NCBI GenBank assembly: GCA_009694925.1
Contig: SIBX01000001.1
Location: 1-59,243, forward strand
Length of the DNA stretch: 59,243 nt
From: Minisyncoccota bacterium
GTDB taxonomy: Bacteria > Patescibacteriota > Minisyncoccia > UBA6257 > 1-14-0-10-40-38
Reading direction: 5' to 3'
The position numbers were made by a program, and so were the translations under genes. Positions 1 to 8,929 of this stretch are shown in pieces; within the stretch, counting starts at the first letter, position 1; the number at the start of each line of letters is the position of its first letter. The notes beneath the pieces are model-generated. The model worked only from the letters and a program-made list of their open reading frames with translations. It was not told where the DNA came from and made no database searches.

Positions 1-1
1 T

Positions 2-376
2 AATCAGGGCTATATAGCCATAGTAACGGCAGTCATTCTTTCTACAATAATCTATTTTCTTGCTTTTAGTTTTTCAGAAACCTCAATTCTCGGGCGTTAT
101 GATGTTTTGATTTTAAATAATAAAAAAGAAAGCAGATATTTATCTGAAAGCTGTCTTGATTATGCCAAGCTTCAGCTCGCAATGAATATTAATTATACCG
201 GCAATGAAACAGTTAATTTAATAAATGGATCTTGCCTTATAGGCGCAGTATTAACTCAAGGCAGTAATAAGATAATCACTTCCACTGCTTCTTTCGGTAA
301 CGCAAAAACCGTGTTAAAATTGACCCTAACACAGGTTAATTTGGGAAAAATAAAACTTGAAGAACTTCAATCTTAA
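2..376 (+). CDS. hypothetical membrane-anchored protein, 5' end outside window; first gene of a pilin-like pair
   Basis: Frame 2 is open from the window edge (NQGYIAIVTAVILSTIIYFLAF hydrophobic helix) and runs into listed ORF 107..376. Its 3' end overlaps the next pilin-like gene by 20 nt. Confidence 0.45.
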   Translation, partial: NQGYIAIVTAVILSTIIYFLAFSFSETSILGRYDVLILNNKKESRYLSESCLDYAKLQLAMNINYTGNETVNLINGSCLIGAVLTQGSNKIITSTASFGNAKTVLKLTLTQVNLGKIKLEELQS

Positions 377-830
377 AAATAGAGGCATAACCTTAGCCGA
401 AATACTAATTTCAGTTTCTATAATGGCAGTTTTAATAGCTATTTTTGTAGTGTCTTCAAGTCCTGTTAGTACTCTCATAACTTCTAGAAACTTTGAACGC
501 CAATCAGAGCTAAATTTAATTATGAACGCTATTTCTCAAAATATCGGCGACAATAATGGAAACTTCGTTTGCGCCTCTGGAATTATTCCAACCGCCACAA
601 CAACCATGGCGAGTACAACCTATTTGGCCGGCGACTACAACATCGCTCCATGTCTTATTCCGGTTTATCTAGACTCTTTCCCGTATGACCAAAGCTCAAC
701 TTCTGCCTATTGGACTGGGACTACTAGTAATAACAGCGCCTATTCAATAATAAGAAATTCAACAACCGGAAGAGTAAAGGTATTTGCTCCATATTCCGAA
801 GGCTCAACCACTATTTCGGTAACGAGATAA
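357..830 (+). CDS. type IV pilin/pseudopilin-like protein with prepilin N-terminal motif
   Basis: TTG start. N-terminus MKNFNLKNRG/ITLAEILISVSIMAVLIAI has a Gly cleavage site, Glu at +5 and a hydrophobic helix, as in class III signal peptides. Confidence 0.75.
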   Translation: MKNFNLKNRGITLAEILISVSIMAVLIAIFVVSSSPVSTLITSRNFERQSELNLIMNAISQNIGDNNGNFVCASGIIPTATTTMASTTYLAGDYNIAPCLIPVYLDSFPYDQSSTSAYWTGTTSNNSAYSIIRNSTTGRVKVFAPYSEGSTTISVTR

Positions 831-847
831 GTTAAAATTCTTTAATT

Positions 848-1699
848 CTAAATTGAAAATTTTTCTTTAGGCAGGCCTCCCTCTTCTTGAATAATCTTAA
901 GCCTTAATTTTCTCTCAATCACTTCTGCGGATAAAAGCTTTATTCTTTTATCGTCTTTTATAATATAAACTCCAGGTTCATTTCCGATTGCTCTAATTTT
1001 TTTATCAATTAAGATTGCCATATCTCCACCAGCTTCAACTGCTTCATTTAAATCTTTTAATCCAACAAATCCATCTTCTGAAGAAAATTTTTTAGTATAA
1101 GTAGCCTCTTTCTCATTTTGCGGAATTGTTTTAATTTCTTTTTTTAATATCTTGGGCAAAATTTCAACAATCAAGTTTCCGCCAATTTCCGCAAGTTCCT
1201 TCTCTAGTTCCAGATAATCTTGATTTTTAATTTTTACTTCTCGCTTCTTCAATATTTCTCCGCTATCCACTCCTTCGTTTAAAAAATATATCGTCACTCC
1301 AGTAATTTCATCGTCAGAAAGTATTGCAGACTGTATCGGCGTTGCGCCCCTAAATTTTGGTAGAAGCGATGGATGAACCCCTATAGTTCCAAGCTTTGGA
1401 ATTTCCAATATTTCTTTCTTTAAGATTTTTGAATATGCAGCCACAATAAATAAATCAGGAGCAATTTTAAGTTGAGTTAATTTATTATTTAATTCTTCTT
1501 TATTCAGTTTTTCACTTTGAAAAACTGGAATTTTATATTTTTCTGCCAAAACTTTTGTCTCCGGCGCAGTCATTATTTTCTTCCTTCCTTTGAGTTTATC
1601 AATATTGCAAACAATAAGAGAGGGGATGATCCCGCCTTTAATTATTTTCTCCAAAGCTATTTCTGCGAATCTTGGCGATCCAAAAAATATAATTTGCAT
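848..1699 (-). CDS. fmt: methionyl-tRNA formyltransferase
   Basis: MQIIFFGSPRFA start, HPSLLPKFRGATPIQSAIL motif, and the usual position next to def. Confidence 0.9.
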   Translation of the reverse strand: MQIIFFGSPRFAEIALEKIIKGGIIPSLIVCNIDKLKGRKKIMTAPETKVLAEKYKIPVFQSEKLNKEELNNKLTQLKIAPDLFIVAAYSKILKKEILEIPKLGTIGVHPSLLPKFRGATPIQSAILSDDEITGVTIYFLNEGVDSGEILKKREVKIKNQDYLELEKELAEIGGNLIVEILPKILKKEIKTIPQNEKEATYTKKFSSEDGFVGLKDLNEAVEAGGDMAILIDKKIRAIGNEPGVYIIKDDKRIKLLSAEVIERKLRLKIIQEEGGLPKEKFSI

Positions 1700-1713
1700 A
1701 ATTTATTTTTCCT

Positions 1714-2223
1714 TTATTCTTGATTCTGAATTCTAGACTCTATTTTGTGTATCTCCTTAGCTTTATCTATAAAAAGACTGCCATTCAAGTGATCCATCTC
1801 GTGCTGAAATATTCTCGCCAGCAACCCCCAAGCCTTTATTTTTATATCTTTACCATTGGCATCCATTCCTTCTAATACCACATTAGTTGGTCTTTTAACT
1901 TTGCCGAATGTTTTTGGCACGCTTAAACACCCTTCTTCAAAATCTGTTTCTTCTCCGTCAGATTTTGCTATTTTTGGATTAAATATCGCATAAAACTTTC
2001 CTCTAGATTTCTGATTTCCCGGTATTTCGGCCACAAAAATTCTGGCATTTATTCCAATCTGATTTCCTGCCAGTCCGATTCCATCAGCCTCTCTCATAGT
2101 TTTTTTCATCTCCGCAATAAGCTCTTTTATTTCTTTTTTTGAATATTTTAAAAAATCGAAGTCCTTTGCTTTGGTTCTTAAAAACTTTTCCTTTTCTTTT
2201 GATTCTATGGTTAATATTTCCAT
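1714..2223 (-). CDS. def: peptide deformylase
   Basis: GIGLAGNQIG, EGCLSVP and HEMDHLNG motifs. Confidence 0.92.
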   Translation of the reverse strand: MEILTIESKEKEKFLRTKAKDFDFLKYSKKEIKELIAEMKKTMREADGIGLAGNQIGINARIFVAEIPGNQKSRGKFYAIFNPKIAKSDGEETDFEEGCLSVPKTFGKVKRPTNVVLEGMDANGKDIKIKAWGLLARIFQHEMDHLNGSLFIDKAKEIHKIESRIQNQE

Positions 2224-2513
2224 TATAAAAGTCTATTTTTATCTTCTTGCTTGCTTAAAGTAACCAGTTTCATAAAATATGCTCCCATATTCATTACGTT
2301 TTTATTTTCAGCGACAGATTTAGCCAATCCCAAGAGCTTTTCTTTATTATGCATCTTTGCTAGCTTAATGTAAAGAGATTTATATTTTTGATCTCTAAGT
2401 ATTTCGGCAATCAAAAGCCCGGTCATTTGATAATCTTTATATACCTTAGACTTTTTAGACTTAGTTTTAATTTCGGTCAAATATTTATCTTTATCCAATA
2501 AATCTTTTTCCAT
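2223..2513 (-). CDS. hypothetical protein (96 aa, Lys-rich)
   Basis: AT-rich ORF whose stop codon overlaps the def start (def lies immediately downstream on the minus strand). No motif recognised. Confidence 0.5.
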   Translation of the reverse strand: MEKDLLDKDKYLTEIKTKSKKSKVYKDYQMTGLLIAEILRDQKYKSLYIKLAKMHNKEKLLGLAKSVAENKNVMNMGAYFMKLVTLSKQEDKNRLL

Positions 2514-2562
2514 ATATTTTAGTCTAACGCATGGATAGTATCGAAGCCAATCTTAGTCTTAA

Positions 2563-2613
2563 TTATGGCCTAATTCCTGTCCGCCAACTGGCGGAGCCTA
2601 TAGCCTAGGGCCT
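2563..2613 (+). repeat. CTAnnGC-type heptamer array (degenerate) around a small GC hairpin
   Basis: ttatggc ctaattc ... gcggagc ctatagc ctagggc ctag. GCCTA recurs every 7 nt. Hairpin tccgcc-aact-ggcgga at 2577-2592. Confidence 0.5.
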
Positions 2614-2636
2614 AGAAATTGTGTTATCATTTTTTT

Positions 2637-3911
2637 ATGAAGAATTTTGTTTCAAAAATTAAAAGTTACGTAAATTCCAGCTACAAAGCATTTTTTCAAA
2701 TAATTATAAGCGTCTTTATAATTTTAGGAGTCTATTATATCGGTTTTATTTTTGGAACCAGGCACCCGAAGCAGATTGTTGTTGAGGGAATAAAAAATAT
2801 GACAGACAGCGACATTAAAGCTGATATGGGAATATTTTGGGAAGCATTTCAAAAATTAAGAGTTAATCATTACGATTCAGATAAAACAACTGAAAAAGAT
2901 TTTGTTTACGGAGCTATTTCCGGGCTTGCCAGCACCTTCGGAGATCCTAATACGGTTTTTTTTGAACCCGTAGAATCAAAAAAATTTAAAGATGATATTT
3001 CTGGATCATTTGGTGGAATAGGTGCAGAAATAGGAATTAAAGAAGGATCCTTAATGATTGTGGCTCCTATTAAAGACTCTCCGTCCGACAGGGCAGGATT
3101 AAAGCCCGGTGACAGGATTTTTAAAATTGAAGGAAAAATTACTTCCGAAATGACCGTTCCAGAAGCGGTAAATGTCATAAGGGGTAAGATTGGCACTCAA
3201 GTTAATCTTTCTATATATAGAGATACTTGGGCGGCTCCAAAAGAATTTTCTATCACCAGAGAAGAAATAGTCTTGCCAAATCTAGAGTCAAAAATGCTTG
3301 ACGATAAAATTATGTATATGAGACTGCATAATTTTAACGAAAAAAGCGTATCGCAATTTTCTAAAGCTGCTTCAGAATTCTCTAATCAAGGAGGCAAGGG
3401 TTTGATTTTTGACTTAAGAGGAAATCCAGGAGGATATCTTCAGGTTGCGGTTGATCTTGCTGGTTGGTTCATAAAAAATGGATCTCTAGTTGTGACTCAG
3501 GACTATAAAAATTCTATGGATTTCGGTTTTCATTCAAACGGCAACGAATTTTTCTTAAATACGCCAGTTGTATTATTACTAGATCAAGGCTCGGCTTCTG
3601 CTTCTGAAATTTTAGCTGGAGCATTAAAATTTAACAGGCCAGATATAAAAATAGTCGGCGCCAAAAGTTTTGGAAAAGGAACAGTTCAAGATTTAGAAGA
3701 TTTATCAGATGGTTCTCAGTTAAAAGTTACTATTGCACACTGGATAATGCCAAACGGAACAAGTATTGAAAAAAACGGCATAGCTCCAGATTATGAGGTT
3801 CAGATTTTAGACGATGATATAAAAAATAAAAACGATGCTCAGATGAATAAAGCTCTAGAAGTTTTAAAATTAGAAATGTTTGGAACTTCTACTACGGCTA
3901 AAGTCCAATAA
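2637..3911 (+). CDS. carboxy-terminal processing (S41, tail-specific) protease with PDZ domain
   Basis: N-terminal TM segment, GGIGAEIG, a PDZ-like PGDRIFKIEG segment, DLRGNPGG and GSASASEILAGAL motifs. ATG at 2637 preferred over TTG at 2619. Confidence 0.88.
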   Translation: MKNFVSKIKSYVNSSYKAFFQIIISVFIILGVYYIGFIFGTRHPKQIVVEGIKNMTDSDIKADMGIFWEAFQKLRVNHYDSDKTTEKDFVYGAISGLASTFGDPNTVFFEPVESKKFKDDISGSFGGIGAEIGIKEGSLMIVAPIKDSPSDRAGLKPGDRIFKIEGKITSEMTVPEAVNVIRGKIGTQVNLSIYRDTWAAPKEFSITREEIVLPNLESKMLDDKIMYMRLHNFNEKSVSQFSKAASEFSNQGGKGLIFDLRGNPGGYLQVAVDLAGWFIKNGSLVVTQDYKNSMDFGFHSNGNEFFLNTPVVLLLDQGSASASEILAGALKFNRPDIKIVGAKSFGKGTVQDLEDLSDGSQLKVTIAHWIMPNGTSIEKNGIAPDYEVQILDDDIKNKNDAQMNKALEVLKLEMFGTSTTAKVQ

Positions 3912-3917
3912 AAATTA

Positions 3918-3952
3918 CTATGGCCTAAAGCCTAATCGCCTAGGGCCTAATT
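3918..3952 (+). repeat. CTAnnGC heptamer array
   Basis: ctatggc ctaaagc ctaatcgc ctagggc ctaatta, lying between the S41 protease gene and rplI. Confidence 0.55.
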
Positions 3953-3958
3953 AAAACC

Positions 3959-4384
3959 ATGAAAATATTACTATTGGAAAACGTCAAAGGAATAGGTAAA
4001 AAAATGGAAGTGAAAGAAGTTAAGGACGGCTATGCCAAAAATTTCCTTATAGCCAAAAACCTTGCCACGCCGGCAAGTGGAGAGTCTTTATCTATTAAGC
4101 ACGGCTATGAAGAATCCAAAAAAAGCGACTTAGCTAAAAGAAAAGAAATGTCAGAAAAAGTTAAATCGTTAGTTTTAGAATTTCCAGTCAAAGTTGGTTC
4201 CAAGGGAGAAGTTTTTGAAAGCGTCAGCGAAAAAGATATTGAAAAATCTTTGAAAGCTAAAGGAATAGACGGGTTTAAGATAAATCTACCCCACCACATC
4301 AAAGTTTTAGGCGAACATTCTGTCGCTCTAAATTTCGGTAAAGAATTTAAAAGCTCTGTGAAAATTATTTTAAAGGGTAAGTGA
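3959..4384 (+). CDS. rplI: 50S ribosomal protein L9
   Basis: MKILLLENVKGIGKKMEVKEVKDGYAKNFLI is a typical L9 N-terminus. Size 141 aa. Confidence 0.9.
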   Translation: MKILLLENVKGIGKKMEVKEVKDGYAKNFLIAKNLATPASGESLSIKHGYEESKKSDLAKRKEMSEKVKSLVLEFPVKVGSKGEVFESVSEKDIEKSLKAKGIDGFKINLPHHIKVLGEHSVALNFGKEFKSSVKIILKGK

Positions 4385-4393
4385 TATTTAAAT

Positions 4394-4431
4394 AAAAAAA
4401 TCCCGACCTGCATAAGGTCGGGATTTTTTTA
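4394..4431. terminator. bidirectional intrinsic terminator between rplI and rpmA
   Basis: aaaaaaa-atcccgacc-tgcataa-ggtcgggat-ttttttt. Confidence 0.85.
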
Positions 4432-4440
4432 ATGCTATTT

Positions 4441-4725
4441 TTATTTACTAAGCTCCTCAACCAAAACTACCTTTACGTATCTAATGCTTCTGTCAAAATT
4501 TGTTTTCTTTTTATCTAAAAATTTAACTACGCCATTTTTCATAGCATAAAGCGTATCGTCTCCAGCAACTTTAACGTTTGCACCGGCGATATATTTAGAT
4601 CCTCTTTGTCTGATAATGATTTCCCCGACAGAAACTTGTTGGTTCTGATTAACCTTTATTCCAAGGCGCTTAGAACGCGAATCTCTGCCATTTTCTGTTG
4701 AACCACCCGATTTAGTATGTGCCAT
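4441..4725 (-). CDS. rpmA: 50S ribosomal protein L27
   Basis: [24 protein letters not shown]...[10 protein letters not shown] is a canonical L27 sequence. Confidence 0.93.
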   Translation of the reverse strand: MAHTKSGGSTENGRDSRSKRLGIKVNQNQQVSVGEIIIRQRGSKYIAGANVKVAGDDTLYAMKNGVVKFLDKKKTNFDRSIRYVKVVLVEELSK

Positions 4726-4790
4726 TTTAGTTTATTTTTTGGCTTTTTTCCGATATATTTATATAGAGAGAAATATAACAAATTAAACTT

Positions 4791-5513
4791 ATGGCGTCAA
4801 ATCAATCAAGATTAGTATTCGACATAGAAACGATAGGGGAAGATTTCTCAAAAATAGACAAAACAACCCAAGATAACTTAACTAATTGGATTAAACGTGA
4901 AGCAGAAGACAAGGATGATTACGAACGAATGTTGGACGACATTAAAAATGGCTTAGGATTCTCGCCTTTGACCGGAGAGATAGTCGCTATAGGCGTTCTA
5001 GACATTGATAAGGATAAGGGCGGTGTTTACTACCAATCACCAGATTTAAAATCAGATAAATTTGAAGAAGATGGAATTATGTATGAGCCAATGGACGAAG
5101 CCGGTATTTTAAAGAAGTTTTGGGACATAGCTTCTAAATATAGTGTCTTTGCCACATTTAACGGCCGGGCCTTCGACGTTCCATTTATTATGGCGCGTTC
5201 TGCGGTTAAGAAAGTTAAGCCAACCAAAAATCTAATGTTTAGTCGTTATCTTTATCAACAACATTCAGATTCTATTCATATAGATCTTTGCGATCAACTT
5301 TCTTTTCAGGGAGCCGTTAGAAAAAAGGGAAGTCTTCATTTGTGGAGTAGAGCGCTTGGAATCAAAAGTCCTAAAGCCAGCGGAATTACCGGAGATGATG
5401 TTGGTTTCTTATTTAAAAAGAAAAAATATCTGGATATTGCCCGTTACAATGTCGGCGACTTAAAAGCCACTAAAGAACTTTTTAAAGTTTGGGAGGAATA
5501 TTTCAATATCTAA
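4791..5513 (+). CDS. predicted 3'-5' exonuclease, RNase H-like/DEDDy fold (PolB-exo-like)
   Basis: LVFDIETIG (ExoI), FNGRAFDVPF (ExoII) and YNVGDL (ExoIII-like) motifs. Confidence 0.65.
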   Translation: MASNQSRLVFDIETIGEDFSKIDKTTQDNLTNWIKREAEDKDDYERMLDDIKNGLGFSPLTGEIVAIGVLDIDKDKGGVYYQSPDLKSDKFEEDGIMYEPMDEAGILKKFWDIASKYSVFATFNGRAFDVPFIMARSAVKKVKPTKNLMFSRYLYQQHSDSIHIDLCDQLSFQGAVRKKGSLHLWSRALGIKSPKASGITGDDVGFLFKKKKYLDIARYNVGDLKATKELFKVWEEYFNI

Positions 5514-5558
5514 TCCGCAGTGTTAATAATTTTAAAGCCTAATTCCTCATATATTAAT

Positions 5559-7529
5559 ATGAATATAATTAAAAAATTCGGCTTTCTAATCCTTTTTATG
5601 GGGATTTTAGTTTTACCAAATATTACCAATGGTCAATCCAGTAATCTTGGGTTAATTTCAGATATAATAACTTCCTTAAATGCAATAACCGGACAAGTTT
5701 CAAAATTAGAAAACGAAATTTCTAATGTAAAGAAAGAAATAAATAATGTAATGGGATTCGTAGGAAATATTGCTTTATCTACTCAAGATTTATCAGTATT
5801 TATTACTCCCGAGAATGTGATAATTAATAGAAGTATGTCTCTTGGGTCGCGCGGAAAAGAGGTTAAACAATTACAAGAATGCTTAAAAAATATGGGATTT
5901 TTTCCGGATAATCAAGAAATAACAGAATATTATGGAAAAACTACAGAAGGCGCGGTAATTAAGTTTCAGGAGGTAGAGGGAATAATTTCATTAAAAGATG
6001 ACAGTGGAAAAGGAAAATTTGGCCCCAAAACCAGCGCCTCAATAGCTAAATCTTGCGCGAAAAATACAATTATTGCTCCAACCGGCACATCAAGCACCTC
6101 AACATTGCCGATTAAAAATCCTATTAAATACAGCCCCGCTTCTTCATTCTCGCCAGCCTTTCCTGCTCCAAATCCACTAACTTCAACGCCGCCAGACTTA
6201 ATTCCTTTTAACCTTAACGCAGCAAGCCCATCTTCAGGCGTGTGGGATTTTGCTGGGACAATAGTTAATATCGGAAATTCATCTTCAAACATAGGTCAAA
6301 CCAAATTAAGAATAGATCTATTAAGTGATGGAACATGGGACATATTACCATCTAATCAATCAACAAATTCAATCGCTCCTAGAGCTTTTGAAATTGAACA
6401 ATGGAAAAATTTAGCTATAACTTCTGTAGGTACTCACAAATATGAAGTATGTGCAGATGATCTAAATACCACAACGGAATCAAATGAACTAAATAACTGC
6501 ACTTCATCAAGCTTTATTATTTATCCTCCTATCGGAACCCTAACAGCAAGCGTTGATAGCATAATTCCTGCAGAACAGCAATTACTTCTTGGATCGGTTG
6601 GCGTTTCTTTGGGTCAATTTAAATTCACAGCAAATAGCATTGAAGATATAAGAGTTGATACATTAAGAATAACCGCAACAACCTCCGTTAGCTCTCCTTT
6701 TACTTTTACTAATCTTCAATTTTATGATGGGGCTACTAAAATTGGTCCGATTGGAAGTCCATTGGTTGCCACTTCAACGTCATTTTATATGTCGGATTTT
6801 TCCTTTGGAAATTCAATGATTATTCCAAAGAACGTAACTAAGACATTCACCTTGAGGGGAGATATTTCTTCTTATGCAACTTCTCCAAGTTCTCATAATA
6901 AATTTTATAATTTTCAAATTAACTCAGCCAACACTTCTCCTAATCTTGTCGGTGATCTAAAGGGATATGGAATAACTTCCAGTTTTCAGGTTCCAGTCTC
7001 AGCAGTACCGACAACCCTGCAAGCAAACACCCAGCACACGTTAAGAACAAAATTAACCCCCTCTATGAGCACCTTAGGAGCAACATCTAATAGAGTCAGA
7101 AGTGCTAATGATGATATTTCAAAGCTAACACTTGGCGTGAATGGAGATACTGGAGCAGAATTTAAGTCTGTTAATTTCCTATTTTCCGGAAAAGCCATCC
7201 CAAATTCAACAACTATTTATGTTGCCTTAGTGGATGCTTCTAGTGGATCAACATTAGTTTCTACGAATATAAAAACATCAATCGCTACGTCGTCTGGGGT
7301 TAATCTTGTTCTCCCAACTCCATACGTTATAAGTAATGGACTATCTCACGATTTCAAGTTAAGAGTAGATTCTTCAAATTTTGCAAATGGTACAGGCAGC
7401 GATAGTCTGTCTTGGCAATTAGCTTCGACTTCTGCAATTCTTTGGGCAGCACAAGGGAATTCTTCAATTGAAAGCATAGGACTAGAAGCAAGAATTATTC
7501 CGATGACTAATACGGTTTCTTATCAGTAA
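5559..7529 (+). CDS. secreted protein with peptidoglycan-binding (PG_binding_1-like) domain and long Ser/Thr-rich beta-rich region
   Basis: Signal-like MNIIKKFGFLILFMGILVLPNITNG. GSRGKEVKQLQECLKNMGFFPD...GKTTEGAVIKFQ resembles a PG-binding repeat. ATG 5559 preferred over GTG 5520. Confidence 0.7.
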   Translation: MNIIKKFGFLILFMGILVLPNITNGQSSNLGLISDIITSLNAITGQVSKLENEISNVKKEINNVMGFVGNIALSTQDLSVFITPENVIINRSMSLGSRGKEVKQLQECLKNMGFFPDNQEITEYYGKTTEGAVIKFQEVEGIISLKDDSGKGKFGPKTSASIAKSCAKNTIIAPTGTSSTSTLPIKNPIKYSPASSFSPAFPAPNPLTSTPPDLIPFNLNAASPSSGVWDFAGTIVNIGNSSSNIGQTKLRIDLLSDGTWDILPSNQSTNSIAPRAFEIEQWKNLAITSVGTHKYEVCADDLNTTTESNELNNCTSSSFIIYPPIGTLTASVDSIIPAEQQLLLGSVGVSLGQFKFTANSIEDIRVDTLRITATTSVSSPFTFTNLQFYDGATKIGPIGSPLVATSTSFYMSDFSFGNSMIIPKNVTKTFTLRGDISSYATSPSSHNKFYNFQINSANTSPNLVGDLKGYGITSSFQVPVSAVPTTLQANTQHTLRTKLTPSMSTLGATSNRVRSANDDISKLTLGVNGDTGAEFKSVNFLFSGKAIPNSTTIYVALVDASSGSTLVSTNIKTSIATSSGVNLVLPTPYVISNGLSHDFKLRVDSSNFANGTGSDSLSWQLASTSAILWAAQGNSSIESIGLEARIIPMTNTVSYQ

Positions 7530-7534
7530 AAATT

Positions 7535-7564
7535 AAAATCTCTTAGCTTTAGCTAAGAGATTTT
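7535..7564 (+). terminator. intrinsic terminator after the 5559..7529 gene
   Basis: aaaatctcttagc-ttta-gctaagagatttt, a perfect 13-bp stem whose 3' arm ends in a T-run. Confidence 0.75.
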
Positions 7565-7575
7565 AATTAACGAAT

Positions 7576-7734
7576 ATGTTTGAGAATTTTAAGACCTGGC
7601 TAAAAGAAAACGAAAAAAGAATATTATTTATCATATTAATATTTTTAGGAATTATCTTAAGTTTCGGCTTAGGATTTCTACTTGGTAAAAGTTCAAAAAT
7701 TACTCCAATTATTATTGAGAAAAACTCTGATTAA
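7576..7734 (+). CDS. small membrane protein (52 aa)
   Basis: Not in the ORF track because it is under 60 aa. ATG..TAA gives MFENFKTWLKENEKRILFIILIFLGIILSFGLGFLLGKSSKITPIIIEKNSD, with one clear TM helix and AT-rich host-like codons. Confidence 0.45.
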   Translation: MFENFKTWLKENEKRILFIILIFLGIILSFGLGFLLGKSSKITPIIIEKNSD

Positions 7735-7740
7735 ATTTTA

Positions 7741-7774
7741 AGTGCCACCCCAGCTTTACGCTAGTAGTGGCACT
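7741..7774. terminator. GC hairpin at the left edge of GC island A
   Basis: agtgccac-(18 nt)-gtggcact. It lies 17 nt downstream of the stop of the minus-strand 7792..8004 ORF. T-run is weak. Confidence 0.5.
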
Positions 7775-7791
7775 TGGACTCCCCGAGATTT

Positions 7792-8004
7792 TCAACTAAG
7801 GATTGTAACACTCCCGTTGGGCTGGAAATATGGCTCGCAGTCCGTATTCATCCTGTGTCCAAGAACTGCGCCGCACTGAGGACAGGTCACATTGGAATGA
7901 TCCCAGCATTGGCAGTTTTGGACAGTGCACCGGTCAAATGTGCCAACCCAGGAACAGGTGCACATGATCCTGGTCTTCAGCTCACATTCCTCTTTTACCG
8001 CCAT
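7792..8004 (-). CDS. GC-rich orphan micro-protein, 70 aa, 9 Cys (zinc-ribbon-like)
   Basis: GGAGGTG lies 5 nt upstream of ATG 8004. Sequence MAVKEECELKTRIMCTCSWVGTFDRCTVQNCQCWDHSNVTCPQCGAVLGH... has CxC, CxC and CxxC pairs. Own promoter and hairpin. Confidence 0.55.
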   Translation of the reverse strand: MAVKEECELKTRIMCTCSWVGTFDRCTVQNCQCWDHSNVTCPQCGAVLGHRMNTDCEPYFQPNGSVTILS

Positions 8005-8046
8005 TCTGTCACCTCCCAAACTTAGAGATAGGAAGCCTCTCTTAAA

Positions 8047-8075
8047 ATTATCAACTCTATTTCTTAAAAAATCAA
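8047..8075 (-). promoter_or_regulatory. predicted sigma70-type promoter for island A ORF
   Basis: Minus strand: TTGATT (8075-8070), 17 nt spacer, GATAAT (8052-8047). Divergent from the rnpB promoter. Confidence 0.5.
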
Positions 8076-8078
8076 GAT

Positions 8079-8107
8079 TTGTATATTTTTTATATTTATG
8101 GTATAAT
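8079..8107 (+). promoter_or_regulatory. predicted promoter of rnpB
   Basis: TTGTAT, 17 nt spacer, TATAAT. The -10 box ends 6 nt before the predicted P1 5' end. Confidence 0.6.
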
Positions 8108-8113
8108 TCTCAA

Positions 8114-8474
8114 TGTCGCTTAGGTGATTACGCAATACCTTAAAAATATTGTGAGGAAAGTCTGGACTCCTATCTCGCGAGAAATCGCGGGTAAACGTAC
8201 CGGTTAAAAGCCGGCTAAGTCAGAAAGTAATTTCTGGTTTAAGAGGTGCGAAAAGTGACGCCCAAAGACGAAAGAATTTGGGAGTCCGCTTGCGGACTAA
8301 TCTCTTCTATATTGAAGGAAGAGAGTGCAACGGCTAAATTCCTTACGAGGTGCAAGATCGTGCTCTAATTTAAAAGTTAGAGAGAATCGCTTGAGCTTGA
8401 AAGTAATTTCAGGCCTAGATAAATTATCATCATCCATTTGCAAGAATGGCACAGAATCCGGCTTATTAGCGACA
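8114..8474 (+). ncRNA. rnpB: RNase P RNA, bacterial type A
   Basis: GAGGAAAGTCTGGACTC (P4 5' strand, 8153-) and ACAGAATCCGGCTTAT (P4 3' strand, 8451-). P1 pairs tgtcgct (8114-8120) with agcgaca (8468-8474). A terminator follows. Confidence 0.9.
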
Positions 8475-8483
8475 AAAACAATA

Positions 8484-8516
8484 AAGACCCGCGCCTAAAG
8501 CGCGGGTCTTTGATTT
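8484..8516 (+). terminator. intrinsic terminator of rnpB
   Basis: agacccgcg-cctaaag-cgcgggtct followed by ttgattt. Confidence 0.8.
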
Positions 8517-8603
8517 GACTATTAAGATTGCTTTTAAGCTAACTGTCCGTTACCATATTACACAGCTCTTGGGACCACACAGCTTCTCAAGCTGGAGAAA
8601 GTC

Positions 8604-8789
8604 TTGGTGGAAAGGGGAAGGCGTTTGGCTGTCGGTCTGTTTCGGATGGTGATCGGAGTCTTTTCAAAGGCTCCAGCGCATGAGGGAGAAGAGAGGACAA
8701 CGGCTCTCAGGGTCTGTCTCGTGGCAGCCCTCGGTACGGTCCTCATCATGTATTTCAGCGAGGGTGGGCACATGTTCCATCCGAACTGA
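8604..8789 (+). CDS. GC-rich orphan ORF, 61 aa, two hydrophobic segments (tentative)
   Basis: GGAG (8594-8597) lies 6 nt before TTG or 9 nt before GTG. Sequence MVERGRRLAVGLFRMVIGVFSK...ALRVCLVAALGTVLIMYF. A strong terminator starts 28 nt after the stop. Non-ATG start and weak promoter. Confidence 0.35.
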   Translation: MVERGRRLAVGLFRMVIGVFSKAPAHEGEERTTALRVCLVAALGTVLIMYFSEGGHMFHPN

Positions 8790-8816
8790 AGCACAAAATA
8801 ATCTCCGTCCACGCTT

Positions 8817-8857
8817 CGGCGCGTCTCACTTTGATAGTGGAACGCGCCGTTTTTTTT
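8817..8857 (+). terminator. intrinsic terminator closing island B1
   Basis: cggcgcgt-(17 nt)-acgcgccg, a perfect 8-bp stem followed by T8. Confidence 0.75.
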
Positions 8858-8859
8858 GT

Positions 8860-8917
8860 AAAAAAAGACCACCTTCGCTTGAATATTTTATATTAAGCTT
8901 GGGTGGTTTTTGGTCTT
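8860..8917 (-). terminator. terminator-like hairpin plus T7 after the 8930..9151 ORF
   Basis: Minus strand reads aagacc..ccacc..ggtgg tcttttttt. It converges on the plus-strand terminator at 8817-8857. Confidence 0.5.
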
Positions 8918-8929
8918 CGACAATAGTCA

